From Prorocentrum cordatum (Eukaryota): DNA of 64,000 nucleotides. Positions 27,242 through 40,514 of the stretch are shown piece by piece. The notes under the pieces are model-generated. The model saw only the letters and a program-made list of their open reading frames with translations. It ran no database searches and was not told where the DNA came from. Every line of letters starts with the position of its first letter. The first letter of the stretch is position 1. Where the stretch lies: NCBI GenBank assembly GCA_963575745.1, contig CAUYUJ010000059.1, forward strand, positions 186,001 through 250,000, given 5' to 3'. The translations under genes were made by a program, and so were the position numbers.

Positions 27242-28069
27242 GTGGCAGTCGGGGATCGGAAGAGGAGGTCTGAGGGAGGAAGAGGAGGAGGAGGAGGAGG
27301 ACGAGGCGGGGGAGAAGGGAGACGAGGAAAAGGATGAGCAGCAGCAGCAGCAGCAGCAACAGCATCGCGGCGGCGGACGTGGACCTGCTTGCCCCGGGCT
27401 GCGCGCCGACGCTGGCGGAGGCCCGCGTGGCTTGGGGTCGCGCGAGTGGCGCGGTGCACGCTGCCGTGTAGTACGTCAGTCTCATTCGAATACGAATTCA
27501 ACTGTGAAGACTGGCAGTCGTGCGAGCAGCATCAGCAGCAGCAGGAGCAGGAGCAGGAGGAGGACGGTAGGGTTGAGGGCGAGGGGGAAAAGGAGGAGGT
27601 AGTTGAAAGGGTAAGGGGGGGGTCGCGGCTTCAAGCCTGGCTGGGAGGTCACGGCGCTCGCACGGGTGCTCGCGGGAGGAACCTTGGAGGCCTTTGAGGG
27701 GCGCCTCCCAGAGCCTCGGGCGTGTGGAGGGCGTGCGCTCGGCCGAATTCCTCACCGATGGCACGTCGAACAAGAAATCGGCCTGCCAACAGGTGCTCCA
27801 CAGAAATCTCTGATTCCCGATGGCCCCAGGGACCCGCAGAACCTCGAGTGTACCTCGGGAAGCTCGAAGCTCGACGACGACCGCGCACATTTCTTACACC
27901 CACGCGGATGTAACTCCTGGGGGGTCAAGTTCTGTGCGGCTCGACGTGGAGCCCGTGTTCCCCCTCGGCGACGTCCCCGACGCATCGCCGATACGTCGGC
28001 GATGCAGTGGCGATGCGGCGCGATCCTTCTACCCCTTCTGCTCGGATCACATTTAGGAGGCCTCTACTT

Positions 28070-28230
28070 TTAAGTCGGGCCTGTCCTTCTACAGGGGGGA
28101 AGATCAGAAACAGTCAAAACATAGTCCGGGGACTATTGTTTGAGTATGTGTTCGACCATGTTGGAGCATGCTTCGAGTATGTTTTGTCTTTCGTCGAGGA
28201 TCCCCCTGTAGGAGGCCCCGCCCGACTTAA
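28070..28230. mobile_element. GTCGGGC-family MITE with 8-bp TSD
   Basis: Perfect 11-bp TIR TTAAGTCGGGC / GCCCGACTTAA; TSD CTCTACTT / CTCTGCTT (7/8). Confidence 0.85.
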
Positions 28231-28762
28231 CTCTGCTTCGGCGGCGCGGCGAGGGAGCAAGGCCAAAAAGGGGCCGGGCCTGCTCGGCAGGCTCGGGGGC
28301 CTGCCGAGCAGCTTCCTCCGAGCCTCCTCCGAAGCTCCCCCGGGCCGCCGGCTGGGAGGGCCTGCCCCCTCTCGCTTCTCTTCCCCCCTGGGGCGCGCCG
28401 CGGATCCCTGTGAAAGGTGGCGTCGACAGCCTCAAGGGCGCCCTCGAGGGCGCGAAGTGATTCGCGCTTCGCGCTTCGGCTCCGATCCCTCCTCATCCTC
28501 CTCTTCTCCCCTGGGAGGCGGCGCGGGAGCGCGAAGTTGTTCGCACTGCGCGCTTCGCGCAGCGCGAAGCGCAAAGCTGGGAGCCCTTGTTCTTGGGGAC
28601 CTCCGATGGGGCAGAGGGAGCTCAGAATCGAGCGGTCCGTGCTGTGTTTTTGACCGGCGCCCACGTCGTCAAAGCAGGAGCGTGCGGTGGGCACACTGGC
28701 CACGACGTTTGGCCAGTGCATTCCTATTGCGAAGGCTTTACGACCAGTGCCGCCGACATTGC

Positions 28763-28764
<2 letters not shown>

Positions 28765-28814
<50 letters not shown>

Positions 28815-28823
28815 CGATGATAT

Positions 28824-28859
<36 letters not shown>

Positions 28860-29438
28860 CGACGACGACGATGACGATGACGATGACGATGAGGATGCTG
28901 ATGCTGATGATGATGATGCTGATGATGATGATGATGCTGAAGATGATGACGATGATGATGCTGATGATGATGCTGATGCATCTGAGGAGGAGGATGAGGA
29001 TAAGGATGAGGGTGAGGAGTAGGTTCGAGATGATGATGAGGAGGAGGAGGATGAGGATCAGGATCAGGATCAGGATCAGGATCAGGATGTTGGTGATGCT
29101 GATGCTGATGATGATGATGATGGTGGTGGTGATGGGGATGGGGATGGGGATGGGGATGAGGATGACGATGAGGATGAGGAGGATCATGATGATGTCGATG
29201 TTAATGATGTTGATGACGTTGATGATACCAGTGATGGTGATTAAGATGATCATGATCACGATGATGATGACGAAAAGTTGGTGATGAAGATGACGGGGAT
29301 GAGGGGACGATAATGATTATCAGCGTGATGATGATGACGATGGCGATGGCGATGGTGCGGATGATGATGAGGAGGAGGAGGATGATGCGGATGACGATAA
29401 TGTTCAGTTTGATGATGGTGATAATGTTGATGATGACC

Positions 29439-29488
<50 letters not shown>

Positions 29489-29804
29489 GAAGGTGGTGGT
29501 GGTGATGATGATGGTGATAATGATGGTCATGATGATGGTGAGGATGATGATGATGATGAGGAGGAGGAGGAGGTGAAGGATAAGGAGGAGGAGGGGAATA
29601 ATGATAAGGAGGAGGAACATGAGCAAGAGGATGAGGATCAGGATGAGGATGAAGGTTAGTATGAGGATGAGGATGAGGATGATGAAACGGTGATGATGAG
29701 GAGGAGGAGGAGGACGATGGAAGTGGTGATGGCGATGGTGATGATGATGGTGACAGCTGTGGTCATGAATGGCGATGGGGATGCTGATGATGATGATGAC
29801 GACA

Positions 29805-29853
<49 letters not shown>

Positions 29854-29857
29854 CGAC

Positions 29858-29895
<38 letters not shown>

Positions 29896-30050
29896 CAATG
29901 ATGGCGATGCTGCTGATGATGATGGTGATGGTGATGGTGATTGTGATTGTGATGATGTTGATGCGGAGGATGATGATGAAAGTGATGATGCTGGTGTTGA
30001 TGATGGTGGTGGTGATGATAATGATGATGATAGCGATGACGATGACGGTG
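28765..30050. repeat. (GAT)n degenerate microsatellite
   Basis: Direct reading. Confidence 0.97.
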
Positions 30051-30813
30051 ACGATTCTTCTTATTCCCCGCGGCCCACCGTATGTTGTACCTCGTTTTGA
30101 ACGCATCCGCACGCCATTTGTCGCTGCGTGCGCCCGTCCTGTTGGCCCCCCAGCGTCAGAGCCTTAACGGTGGGAACCTTGAGTTAGCGTGTCGCTCCGC
30201 TGTTCTGGCCCACCACACTTCGGTACGACACGCTATCCACGTCCTGGCCCCCCAAACGTCAAAGTCCCGAGCTTTCCCGAGCCTCCCGCCCCGCGGAGCG
30301 GAGCGACACGCTATCCGCTCACATGGCATGGTGGGTCGCCAGGGCCGCCGCGGCGACACGCTAAGCAAAAGTTCATGGCCGTATGCTGTATCTCGGTTTG
30401 AATCGTCTGCGCATGTCACTCGTCGCTGCCTGCGCCAATCCTGTTGGCCGCCCAGCCTCAGAGCCTCAGAGTTCCCAGGGACGGCGCTGGCGACCGGCTG
30501 GCCAGTCTCGTTGGCGGCTCCAGTTGAACAGGAGCGGGTTTGCGGGGTTCATGCCCGTTGATGGTCAGGAGGGAAAGAAACACACAGACACAAAGACGAT
30601 AACCCAGAAAATATGTCAAGATATGCGGAATCTTGGGTTATGTGTGTATTTATTTGTGTGTCCCTGGGGCCCCTTCAGATAGTTCGCATGGTTTGGAAAC
30701 TCAAAGCCATTCAAACCATCCCCGACAGGCAAGTTCGGGCCGCGCGTGCTTTGTTGACGGTGAGCACCATTGCCGTTGCCATCGCCGGCAGTGCTTCCGT
30801 GCGGCCTCCGCAG

Positions 30814-30861
30814 GTGGTCAAGGGCGCCGATTACATCGAGTTTCCGGACGGCAACAGGTGG
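30814..30861 (+). CDS. Host gene exon: VVKGADYIEFPDGNRW (3' boundary uncertain)
   Basis: CAG|G acceptor, phase 0; the FPDGNxW motif completes the domain. It could splice at AG|GT (30857/8) or AG|GC (30863/4), or read through to the stop at 31089. Confidence 0.75.
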
Positions 30862-32059
30862 AGGCTTTTCAAATCTTGGTTGAGTGATCGGGCAAATTGC
30901 ACACCGCAGGCAGAGAGCGATGGATTAGATCAAGTGGGAGGAAGGCTTGTGATCACTGATGCTTCTGAGCTCTCTTTATCCTCCTCTGTGAAGGTTCAGG
31001 TAAGATGCCCGATGCATTTTCGCCATCTCCGTCTGCCCAGATCGTGTCCCCGTTTGCCGTCGTGGCCACCTGAAGATCTTAGGTTTTAGGCTCCTCGTTC
31101 TCCCCCCCCATCTCTCCCGGGCTACTTCTCTGTCTCCTGCTCCTGCCCCTCCTCCTTCCCCTCATGCCTCCATCCCTCCATCTGGGCGAGGTGGAGGAAA
31201 GCGGCAGACCTAAACGGTGTTTGGGCGAATTCGTGGGCCGTTTGCGTTTCGCTTTCGGTTTGCAGCACAGGCGGTTTGAAGGCAAAACGAGGGAACATGA
31301 TAACAAGATGAAAACAGAAACATGTTCAGGTCAATCCCTGGAAGATAAGTAAGGAGGAAAATCATGGGAAGTATTTCCGGGATATTCGCCATCGCACAGT
31401 GATATAACAAGTTGGTAGTTCAGCATTTTAGAAGCAGGTCGCGAGAGATACGGTCGAGTTTCTCGCGCATGGCCTTGGAAGTTGGAAGTTGGGTCTGACC
31501 GGAAAAGACGCAGGTGCCGCACATTAAGTTGTCAGGCCGTGGTGATATAGCAGAGCGCGTGAGGGATGCGCCCGCTCTCTTGCCAGGACAACTTACTGCA
31601 GACATTGCCAACGGATGGGGGGCGGCCAACAAGGGGGGTGATAATTAGGGGGGATGGATGTCATGGCTGGGGCCATGACACCTCCACGGTATTCATGGAC
31701 CCTTCTTCTCATCTTGAAGGCTTTACGGCCATTGCCGCCGACCCAGAAGGACGATGACAACCACGATGACGACGAACACGACGACAACGACCACGACGAG
31801 TTGATGACCCTTCCACAGGCTCGGGACATGGGGCGGGCGGTGGAGGGAGAAATGGAGGAGGAGGAGGAGGAGGAGGAAGCGGAGAAGGAGGAGGAAGAGG
31901 AGGAGGAGGAGGGAGATTGAGGGGGGGAGCGACAAGCTAGGTGCGCTCGCGTCATATCTGACGTCCTACCCCTCCCTCCCATCCCTTACCATGGTGTAGA
32001 TCTCTTCTCTGTTCGCACAGTCGGATATCGAGCAGGGCAGTGATCGCGAGAGGGTACGC

Positions 32060-32235
32060 GATGCATGGTAGAGCACAGCGTGGCATGGCGTAGAAGAGCA
32101 CGGCAGAGCGTAGCATGCCATAGCATAGCGTGGCATTGCGCATTGAAGCATTGCATCACAAAGCATTGCAACGCAAAGCATGGCATCGCACAGCGGCGCA
32201 GAACGCAACATCGCACAGCATGTCATAGCATGGCG
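32060..32235. repeat. Degenerate pentanucleotide satellite (GCATA/GCATG/GCACA)n
   Basis: Direct reading. Confidence 0.8.
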
Positions 32236-33744
32236 CTGGGTTCCTTGGAGGGTAAGTGGATCGTCTTCGAGAGGTCTGGGCCAGTTTGGAGTTCTGGCTC
32301 CATGTCTAGCTCCTTGGGCTCCCCGAGAAGCTGCACACAAAGCGGGGCTGATGGAGAGCACCCGCTGGCTCTGCTTCCAACGTCGCCTTCTCGAAGCAGA
32401 AATGGGGCTCCCGCTTGATACTTCCTGAAAACGACGACGATCCCAAAAAATCAAACAAAAAACCAACGAACCAGCACCGAATGTGTAATCACTTCTGGTG
32501 TTTTTTTCGTGGGGGTATTTTTTAGATTTGGGGGCCTAGCTGGAAGAACCGAAAACGCCTGCGCTGCAGCGGGTGCACGATTTGGAACAACCAGAGGCGC
32601 AGAGATGCGGCAAGCGCTTCAGCGGGAGCAGCGTTTTCAAAACAATAACGAAAACAAAAAGCGAAAACCCTTTTCCAAGGAATCCTCCTTTTAGAAAATA
32701 GGACGCGGAGGGGGGCCGGATATCTCCCGGACGTAATCACGGGAGAGAGGAGATTAGTATTCATTTTGTGGAATTGTAGAAGGAAGGAGGAGAAAGAGGA
32801 GGAGAAGGAGGAGGAGGAGGAGAAGGACGCAGGTGGGAGGAGGGAGGAGGGAGGAGGGAGGAGGGAGGAAGGAGGAGGAGTAGGAGGAGGAGGAGAGGGG
32901 AGGAGTTGTGGAAAAAAGGAGGACGAGGAGAAAGAGGAGAAAGAGGAGGAGGAGGAAGGAGGAGGAGGAGGGAGTTTGGGGAGGGAGGAGGGAGGGATTG
33001 AGGGGTAGAGGGAGGAGGGAGGAGGGAGGAGGGAGGAAGGGAAGGCGGGGGAGGCGGTAGGAGGGAGGAGGGAGAAGGAGGAGGTAGGATGGAGGAGGGA
33101 GGGAGGGGGAAGGGAATGGAGGGAGAAAGGACGAGAAAGGAGAGGATGAGGAGGAGGAGAAAGGCGAAAGGTGGAGACAGGAGGAGAAATGGAGGAGAAC
33201 GGAGGAGAAAGGAGGAGAAAGGGAAGGAGATAGGAGGAGGAAGGCGGAGGAGGAGGAGGAGGAGGAGAGGACGAGGAAGAGGCGGAGGAAGAGGAGGGAG
33301 GAGGGAGGGGAGGAGGAGAGGCGAGGAGGAGGAGGAGGAGGACGACGAGGAGAGGATAGGAGGAAGACGAAGAAGGGGAGGAGGAGGAGGAGGGAGGAGG
33401 ATGAGGAGGAGGAGAGGAGGAGGAGGAGGAGGAGGAGGAGGGAGACGAAAAAAAACAAGGGAAAGCCTCAGCGGGGGAGAGGTCACAACCCTCTGGGACC
33501 AAGGCCGGGGCCGGCGGGGGCTGGAGCCGAGGAGCAGGGGCCGGGCGCGGAATTTGCCAGGGCCCGGGCGGGGGCCAGGGCTGGGCCCAGGGACCCCCCC
33601 GCCGACGACTATTCAAAGGAGGCGGGCGTGCTTCAGTTTGGGTCGGGCTGGCCTCGCGTCGAAGGGCCTCTCACACTCGCGGACTGAGTCGGCGAAGTCT
33701 CATACGTCCCTTGGTAGGGAAACAAAAAGTGGCATAAACATAAA

Positions 33745-33883
33745 AACTCAGAGGTCCGCGCGGATTTCTCGGATCGGCGCCGGACCCCCCTCCCTGGCGC
33801 GCGGAGCGCGCCAGGGGCGGCGCCGGAGGCGCGCCCGGGGGGCCCCAGCGCCGATCCGAGAAATCCGCGCGGACCTCCGAGTT
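33745..33883. mobile_element. 139-bp hairpin/MITE with 36-bp TIRs abutting the gap
   Basis: AACTCAGAGGTCCGCGCGGATTTCTCGGATCGGCGC versus its reverse complement ending at 33883 (35/36). Confidence 0.75.
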
Positions 33884-33983
33884 NNNNNNNNNNNNNNNNN
33901 NNNNNNNNNNNNNNNNNNNNNNNNNNNNNNNNNNNNNNNNNNNNNNNNNNNNNNNNNNNNNNNNNNNNNNNNNNNNNNNNNNN
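33884..33983. other. Assembly gap (100 N)
   Basis: Direct reading. Confidence 1.
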
Positions 33984-34499
33984 CGTTTGCAAGAAGTGGC
34001 TGTTGCGCTGAATTCTCTTTCACCCGTCGAAGTGACAGTGTCGCTTCTGGTTGACGTAGGAATTCTTGTGCCTCTGTATTGGGCGAAATGGAAGCTCGCA
34101 GAATGGACCTCAACAGCAACTGCGGCGCGCACGGGAGTGGCGCGCTTGCTTCTCCTCTTCTTCCGCCTCTTCCCCGTCCTCCTTTCGTGTCTCCCATTTC
34201 TCCACTTCCTGTCAGCATCTGAGCCGCCAGAGGATGAGGAGCAGCCGGAGGGAGGCAGGGAGGGGGAGGGGGCGGAGAGGGAAGAGGAGGAGGTGATGGA
34301 AGAGGAGGAGGTGATGGAAGGAAGGAGCGATGACGGACGAGGAAGGAAGGAGGAGGAGGAGGAGCATGAGGAGGAGGGCGGAGGAGGGAGGAGAAAGAAC
34401 GACGAAGGAAGGAGGAAGGAGGAGGGGTAGGAGTAGGAGAGGGAACCAGTGTCGGATGGAAGAGTGCCTAAACGAAACGGGGGAACTATGATTCCCTTG

Positions 34500-37450
34500 C
34501 AGTCGTTGTTAGGTCGGCCTTGCTCAGGACTTTGTGGGTTAGCCCGTCTCCAATTCGGTCTAAGTGTTCACGGCCAGTATGTGCGGGGGTGATTCAAGGC
34601 TTGCCCAGCGAACGAAGTTGCTTGTCAGCTACCGCTCCCCCACATCGGCCACTATATCATAGCTTCAGCATATGGATCCGACCACCTACCGTTGGGGACA
34701 TCGGCGTGCCATCCACATTCGCCAGAGCAGGGCAAGCCAATCTCCACCATTTGGCAGTCGTGGCAGGTGCGGCCGAACCGATGCACAATCAATGTCCGTT
34801 TGTACTCGGAGCCCATGGGACGACATGAGAGGGGAGATAACAGCAGTTGCAACGGGATGGGGGGAGGGAGGGATGGGGAGTGCCGTTCATGATTTTGTCA
34901 TTACGTCGACCCCCGAGGTCTCGACCTGTTCCCCAGGACCGGTGTTTCATCCCGGGTCGTTTTTTGACGGTCCCGAGGCCAGGTTAGCGAAGCACCTCCT
35001 GTGATGATTTTTTCATTCCTCGAGGGGGTCTGGGTCTGGAGGGACCCTTGGTTTTCCTGTCCCGTGCTTCTCTTACAACCAGTCGAGAGTAGCAGAAAGC
35101 AGGCGAATTCGAACAGGCCTGGCCCTGCGTGCGTGGAGGTGCACCCGCTGTCGGGTCACCTCGGGTCGTCCTACGCATCGTGGCTGCACAGTCGGCGAGT
35201 TTGTTTGCGACGGTGTTGGCTAAAACCAGATTGTTCAAATCACCTGTTGCACACAGGTCCCCCTCGTCTTAGTGGATATGACTCGAAGATCACAGCAACC
35301 TCACGATGGGGGCGGGAGAGCACCAACGTTCCTATAGCGGACCATAAAAAATCGGCATCGCGTCCCTTGGGCGAGTTGCACTCAAGGGTGTGCTAGCTGC
35401 TGGCCAGAGGTTCGACATCGGTGACTTGCGTCACGGAGCCCTGCTCGTAGAAGATCGCGAGCTGCAGGGCCTCGAGCCCTGCGCGTGCCACAACCTGGCA
35501 ATTGCCACTCGAGGAGGCCAGCGGCGGAGGATTCCGGGACGCGGGGGCCGGGAGGTTCAAGCTCGGCCACGGGAAGCCCTACTCCAGATTTCGTAATAAA
35601 GGGAGGGGGGTCTCATTTCGGGGGGGGTCTCTTCCAGGCTATCTTGGAGGGCCTGGGGGGGTCTGGGGACGATGTTTGGGAGGGTTCGCCCACGGGGGGG
35701 GGGGTCTGAAATGGCTTGTCCTGGAGGGTCCAGACCCCCTCCCTTTTATTACGAAATCTGGAGTACTCGTCTGAGGCGGGGCAGCTTGGAGTCCGGGCCA
35801 CCCGACTGCGGGACGGGGAAAGGACCACGGCCACTGCTTCTCGTCTGCGCCGCCTTGCAGCCGGCCGAAGAAGAAGCAGTGGCCGTGGTCATGTCCCTGG
35901 TGCCAAGCTCCAAGGAAATGACCACAGCCACTGCTCTGTTTTTGCGGGCTGGAAGGCGGCGACGAAAGAAAAGCAGTGGCTGTGGTCGTGTTCACGCCCC
36001 CGTGCCGACGCAGCCCCCGGCGCTGAGGATCGCACGGTCGCGAGAGGCGCGCCCGAGGCCTCCGCCCTCGAGCTCATCCACGCCCGTCGCCGCGCACTGG
36101 TCGCCCAGCAGCAGGCTCGGAAGCCCTGGTCGAGGGCTCTCTGGGATTGGGCCTCGGGCCCAGAACTTCGATGCTCGTTTCGGGGACCTTCTTGGAGCCC
36201 ACCTAAAGGATCTGTTCGACCCCAGTTCGACTCAAGTTCGACTCAAGATCGACTCGGGTTCGACTCAGGGTCGACCCAACTCGACTGACGTTCGACGCAG
36301 CTTCGACGCACGAGTGGAGCGAGTGGCTCCAGGAAGGTCCCCAGAATGAGCATCTAACAGAACGCCTCCGCCGTACGGAGTTGGGCAGTGGCCTGGTAGA
36401 CGAATCCCTCGGATGCCTCCCAGACTCTGGAGCCCTGGCTGGCACTGCGCTCACGCTGCCGATGCGCTGGACAGCTTGCCACAGGTGCACGTTCCAGCGA
36501 GAGCCACCTGTCTTCCCTCGGGCCAGCGCCCCACTGCAGCAATCGTTGTCATGGTCGGCCAGTCGATTCCCATTCGGAGCTGCAGAAGATGATTGAATCA
36601 AGTGTCGCCACACATCGTTGTCCATCCCATTCTGCGTTCCTCATCCAGCGTACCGGGTGCTGATTTGTGCCCACACATCCTTGCGGATCGTCGCTTGCAA
36701 CACGCCGTGCAGTGCGTGGTCGTGCAGCCCTGTCAGAATGCCGTTTCGCTTTTGTAAGCTTGATGTGACGTTCTGTTGGCTGTCTGTTTTCCAAAACAGT
36801 TATTCCTTACTTGACAAGTGTTGGTGTTTCTTATCACGCAGTCGTCGAGCCGATCGTGCCAGCCGTCCGCAGCCGAAGTCTACATCCAGATCGGTCGCTT
36901 GAGACACGCCCTTGATGTGGTAATCTCGGGCACCGGCAGCCCCGATTACCGCCCCCGTGCTTTTCATGTTAGAGCACATGGTGATGATGGACGTCGATGC
37001 CACCTCGAGTTGCCGCTGGGCAAGCTGATCGCACGTATGCATCTATGCAGTCCTTACTGCTCCTTCTCGAACAGCTCGTCGTGACCCTCGCACGCATTGT
37101 CTGGGACAGGCAGGCCACCCACGGGCGGTGTGCCAGGGGTAGGGTGCATCGTGGCCACGGTGTCGATCACGCAGTGGGTGAGAGCCTCGGCGCATTTGGT
37201 GCCAGAGCGCACGCCCTGGATCGCGCCGTGGCAAGTCTCGAGGACCTCGGGGGCCGCTCCCGTCTGCTCCAGCGTTCGTGGCGCGACGCGCTGGAGCAGC
37301 CCTGGGTGCCACGCCACTGGCGGAAGCTGCAGTCGAAGCGCCGCTTCCACCTAGCGGCACCCGTGGAGTCGAGCCATCGACAGTTTCGATGTCTAGCATC
37401 GCGTGTCCGTGTTGCAGTCGCAGGGCACGCGCAGTGCCTTCGTCCAACGT
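34500..37450 (-). mobile_element. Degraded LINE ORF2 relic (RT, RNase H, C-terminal Cys region) interrupted by younger insertions
   Basis: On the minus strand, in order: AMLDIE (~37400), GAIQGVRSG (~37215), ATDLDVDFGCGR (~36880), ANTVANKLAD (~35205, RNase H N-x-x-A-D), GAVADKQLRSLGKP (~34620). Multiple stops and frameshifts. Confidence 0.6.
35580..35765. mobile_element. TACTCCAGAT MITE, copy 2 (inside the LINE relic)
   Basis: Same TIRs and body as 26595-26777; no TSD visible. Confidence 0.9.
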
Positions 37451-39688
37451 CCAGCCTGCGCAAGGGCGAGGAGGGGGGGAATAGGCGAGGAAGGGGAACG
37501 AGGAAAAGGAGGTGCAGCCGTCAAGGCAGAGCGTAACCGCCGAGCATGGCGCGGGCAACCTGCCCCCTGGCAAATCTGCCATCGAAACGGCGGCACATGC
37601 CCAAAGGGGTAGCAGGCACAGGCTGGGATCGACCTCTGGCACCCTGCTAGGTCCCGGTAGCGCCGGCAGCGCCATGCCGTAGGGAGGAAACCAGCAGATG
37701 CAAAGCAGACGCCCCGCAAGCCAAATCCTTGGCAACACGCACCGTTGCCCAGCGCCCGAACCCCCAGCATGCACCGCGAGGGTGGTATCCCCCCAGCGCG
37801 ACCCGGGTTCCCAGAGGGGCAAGGAGCTGCGGCCAGGGAGTGCCCATCGGTCGGAAGAAGTAGGTAGAAACATGAAGTAGGAAGGCGTTGGAAATACATT
37901 GGGTTTCCGCCCGCCTCCTGAAGAGGAAGGAAGAGGGAAAACCACTCGACTCTTGAAGTAGGAAGGCGCTGAAAGTAGATTGGAATCTGGGAATCCAAAA
38001 ATGCCTACTTTCAACGACCGATGGGTAGAGTGTCTTGGGCAAGCGTGTGTGCGGCACGGTCCGCGTGCAGAGCACGCTCTGATGACCAGCGGCAGGCGCA
38101 GAGGCCGCAGCAGCAGGGGGAGGGGACGGCTTTGGATGGGGGAGCGCACTCGCTCCCTTGGTATCGCTCGGACGTGTGCACCTATACAGAAGGAACCCTT
38201 TTCGTTGGGGAGGGGCTCGGTGTTCCTTGATTGGTTCAAAATTTGCCTCGGGTTTTCTGAGGTTTTTCCATAGGAAATCGAGGTTGAACTCATGGGAAAA
38301 AGGGGCCTCGTTCCTTATTTAGGGTTCCTGAGGTCAACGCCTCGACTGTATTCTCGGCGGGGGGTATGATTACGGAACATCCTGGATCATCCTGCGAAAA
38401 AAAAGCACGCACGAGACCGAACAAACAGCACACAGGGAATGGACGCCCGAGCGATGGCCAGCTCCAGGCAGGTGCGGACGCGCCCACCTGCTGGCCTTCG
38501 AAGCCGGGGCCGTGCTGCCTCTCGCGCCCTGCCGCCGGGCGCCCCCCGGGCATGGGGAGCGCCCCGGCCCCCACACCACGACATGACAGCGGCCGTCGCC
38601 CGGGAGCGAGGCAGGTCGCTCCACGGCTCGGGGGCGGCAAAGAGGGGGGTGGTGACTAAGGGGGGGGGGGAGGGGGACGTCATGGCGGGGGCCATGATGG
38701 CTCCCCAGATCTCAGGGCGCCTCCTCTTAGTTCATGACGCCCCGGGCCCCCAGCCGGGGCCGCGCACGTGCCGCCGGCCATGATTTGCCCCCCCCCCCCC
38801 CCCCCTCTTGGGCGCCATCCTCCTCGGCCGCCCCCGAACAGCGCTCCTGAGCGTTCCCCAAACGCTCTCGGAGCATTCCGGAGCGCTGTGGCACGGCCGC
38901 GGCACCCGACACAGATTCCAGAACCTCCACATCGCAAGAGATCCTGGCGTCGTCCACGTCCAATGTTGCCAGTCGGGGGTGGACAGACTTCCTACCCTGA
39001 CACGTCGATTGGTGAATTGTCCGTTTTCGGTTCTCGAGCGGGCGCCGGGGCCGTTATTTTCCAGGCTTGCGCCCGCCATGTTTGGGCCCGAGGTCGTTTT
39101 CACTAAACCACGTTTTACTAAAGGGAGGTCTGTCGTCTGTCCATCCCCAAGCCAGGGTCCTGGGTCCGTTGAAGCTACGAACAGGAGTGCACCCGAAGGC
39201 CAGGGGTGGACCTAAACGGTGTTTTGGCGATTTCGTGGCCCGTTTTCGTTTCGATGTCGTCTTGCAGCAAAGACAATACTTATGATGCTCCAACCTACTT
39301 CAGCCTTGATCACCAGGAAGAATTTCGAGCGGCAGAAAAAAGTTCCGAAACTCAAGGGTTTTCACATGTCGGGCCCTGGGAGACACTCGCCCGACACTGT
39401 TTCGACACTCTTTTGACACTTTTCTGGGTGCTCGAAATTGTTTCTGGGATGCGGTCCTGAAGTAGAATGGGAACAGCATAAGACAATACGAGGGACAACA
39501 AACACAAGACCAACATCTAAACATATTGTTTAGATCGATCCCCGCTCAAGGCCAGGAGGAGCCACCAGGCTCCCAGGGCTGCACCTTACCGCCGAGGTGG
39601 CAGAATACTTAAAAGCTCTGACACGGCAGCTGAGGAGGAGCAGGAGGAAGGGGAACGCAGGATAGAGGAGGAGCAGGAGGAGGAGGGA

Positions 39689-39719
<31 letters not shown>

Positions 39720-39904
39720 GAGGAGGAGGAGGAGGAGGAGGAGGAGGAGGAGGAGGAGGCGGAGGCGGAGGCGGAGGAGGAGGAGGAGGATCGACGGCGA
39801 GCGAGGGGGGAAGTGAGAAGGAGGAGGCCCTCTCAGAAGGCGGCGGGACTCCCAAGCGGCCCTCGCGCCTGGCAAGTTTTCTGCGCATTCGGGGCAGGCT
39901 TAAA

Positions 39905-40483
39905 CGAAGGATTGCAAAACGAAGGATTGCAAACAAAAAAAAAAAACTTCGGCGAAGGATCGCAAAACGAAGGGCTTTTTGTTTGCAATCCTTCGTTCGA
40001 GGGATGGCGTAGGCAACTTTTCGGAAGGCCAGGGGGACCTCCGAGCCTTCCGAGCCTGGCCCGCCCCTTCTCGCGGATTTCCCCCCTGGCCTCGCCGCCA
40101 AGGACAAAATGAATGCGTGTGGTCCCTGCGAGAAGCACCGGATGGAGGAACCCAGGACAGGATTTAGGAGGAGGGGGAGGAGGGGGAGGGGGAGGAGGAG
40201 GAGGAGGAGGAGGAGGAGGAGGAGGAGGAGGAGGAGGAGGAGGAGGAGGATTGCAAAACGAAGGGTTTTTTTTGCAATCCTTCGTCCAAGGGTTTTTGTT
40301 TTGCAATCCGTCGCTCAAGGGAAGGCGTAGGCAACTTTCCAGAAGACCAGGGGACGTCCGAGCCTTCCGAGCCTGGCCCGCCCCTTCTCGCATTGATTCC
40401 CCCTGGCCTCGCCGCCGAGGACAAAATGAATGTGTGTGTGGTCCCTGCGAAGCACCGGATGGAGGAGCCCAGGACAGGATTTA

Positions 40484-40485
<2 letters not shown>
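39905..40485 (+). repeat. Local tandem duplication (~240-260-bp units separated by (GAG)n)
   Basis: ggattgcaaaacgaagg...ggcgtaggcaacttt...ccgagccttccgagcctggcccgccccttctcgc...cccaggacaggatttagg occurs at ~39905-40168 and ~40248-40485. Confidence 0.85.

Positions 40486-40514
<29 letters not shown>

Noticed and set aside
33987..34135. Possible hydrophobic exon next to the gap
   Set aside because: No supported splice pair or partner exons; the context is truncated by Ns.
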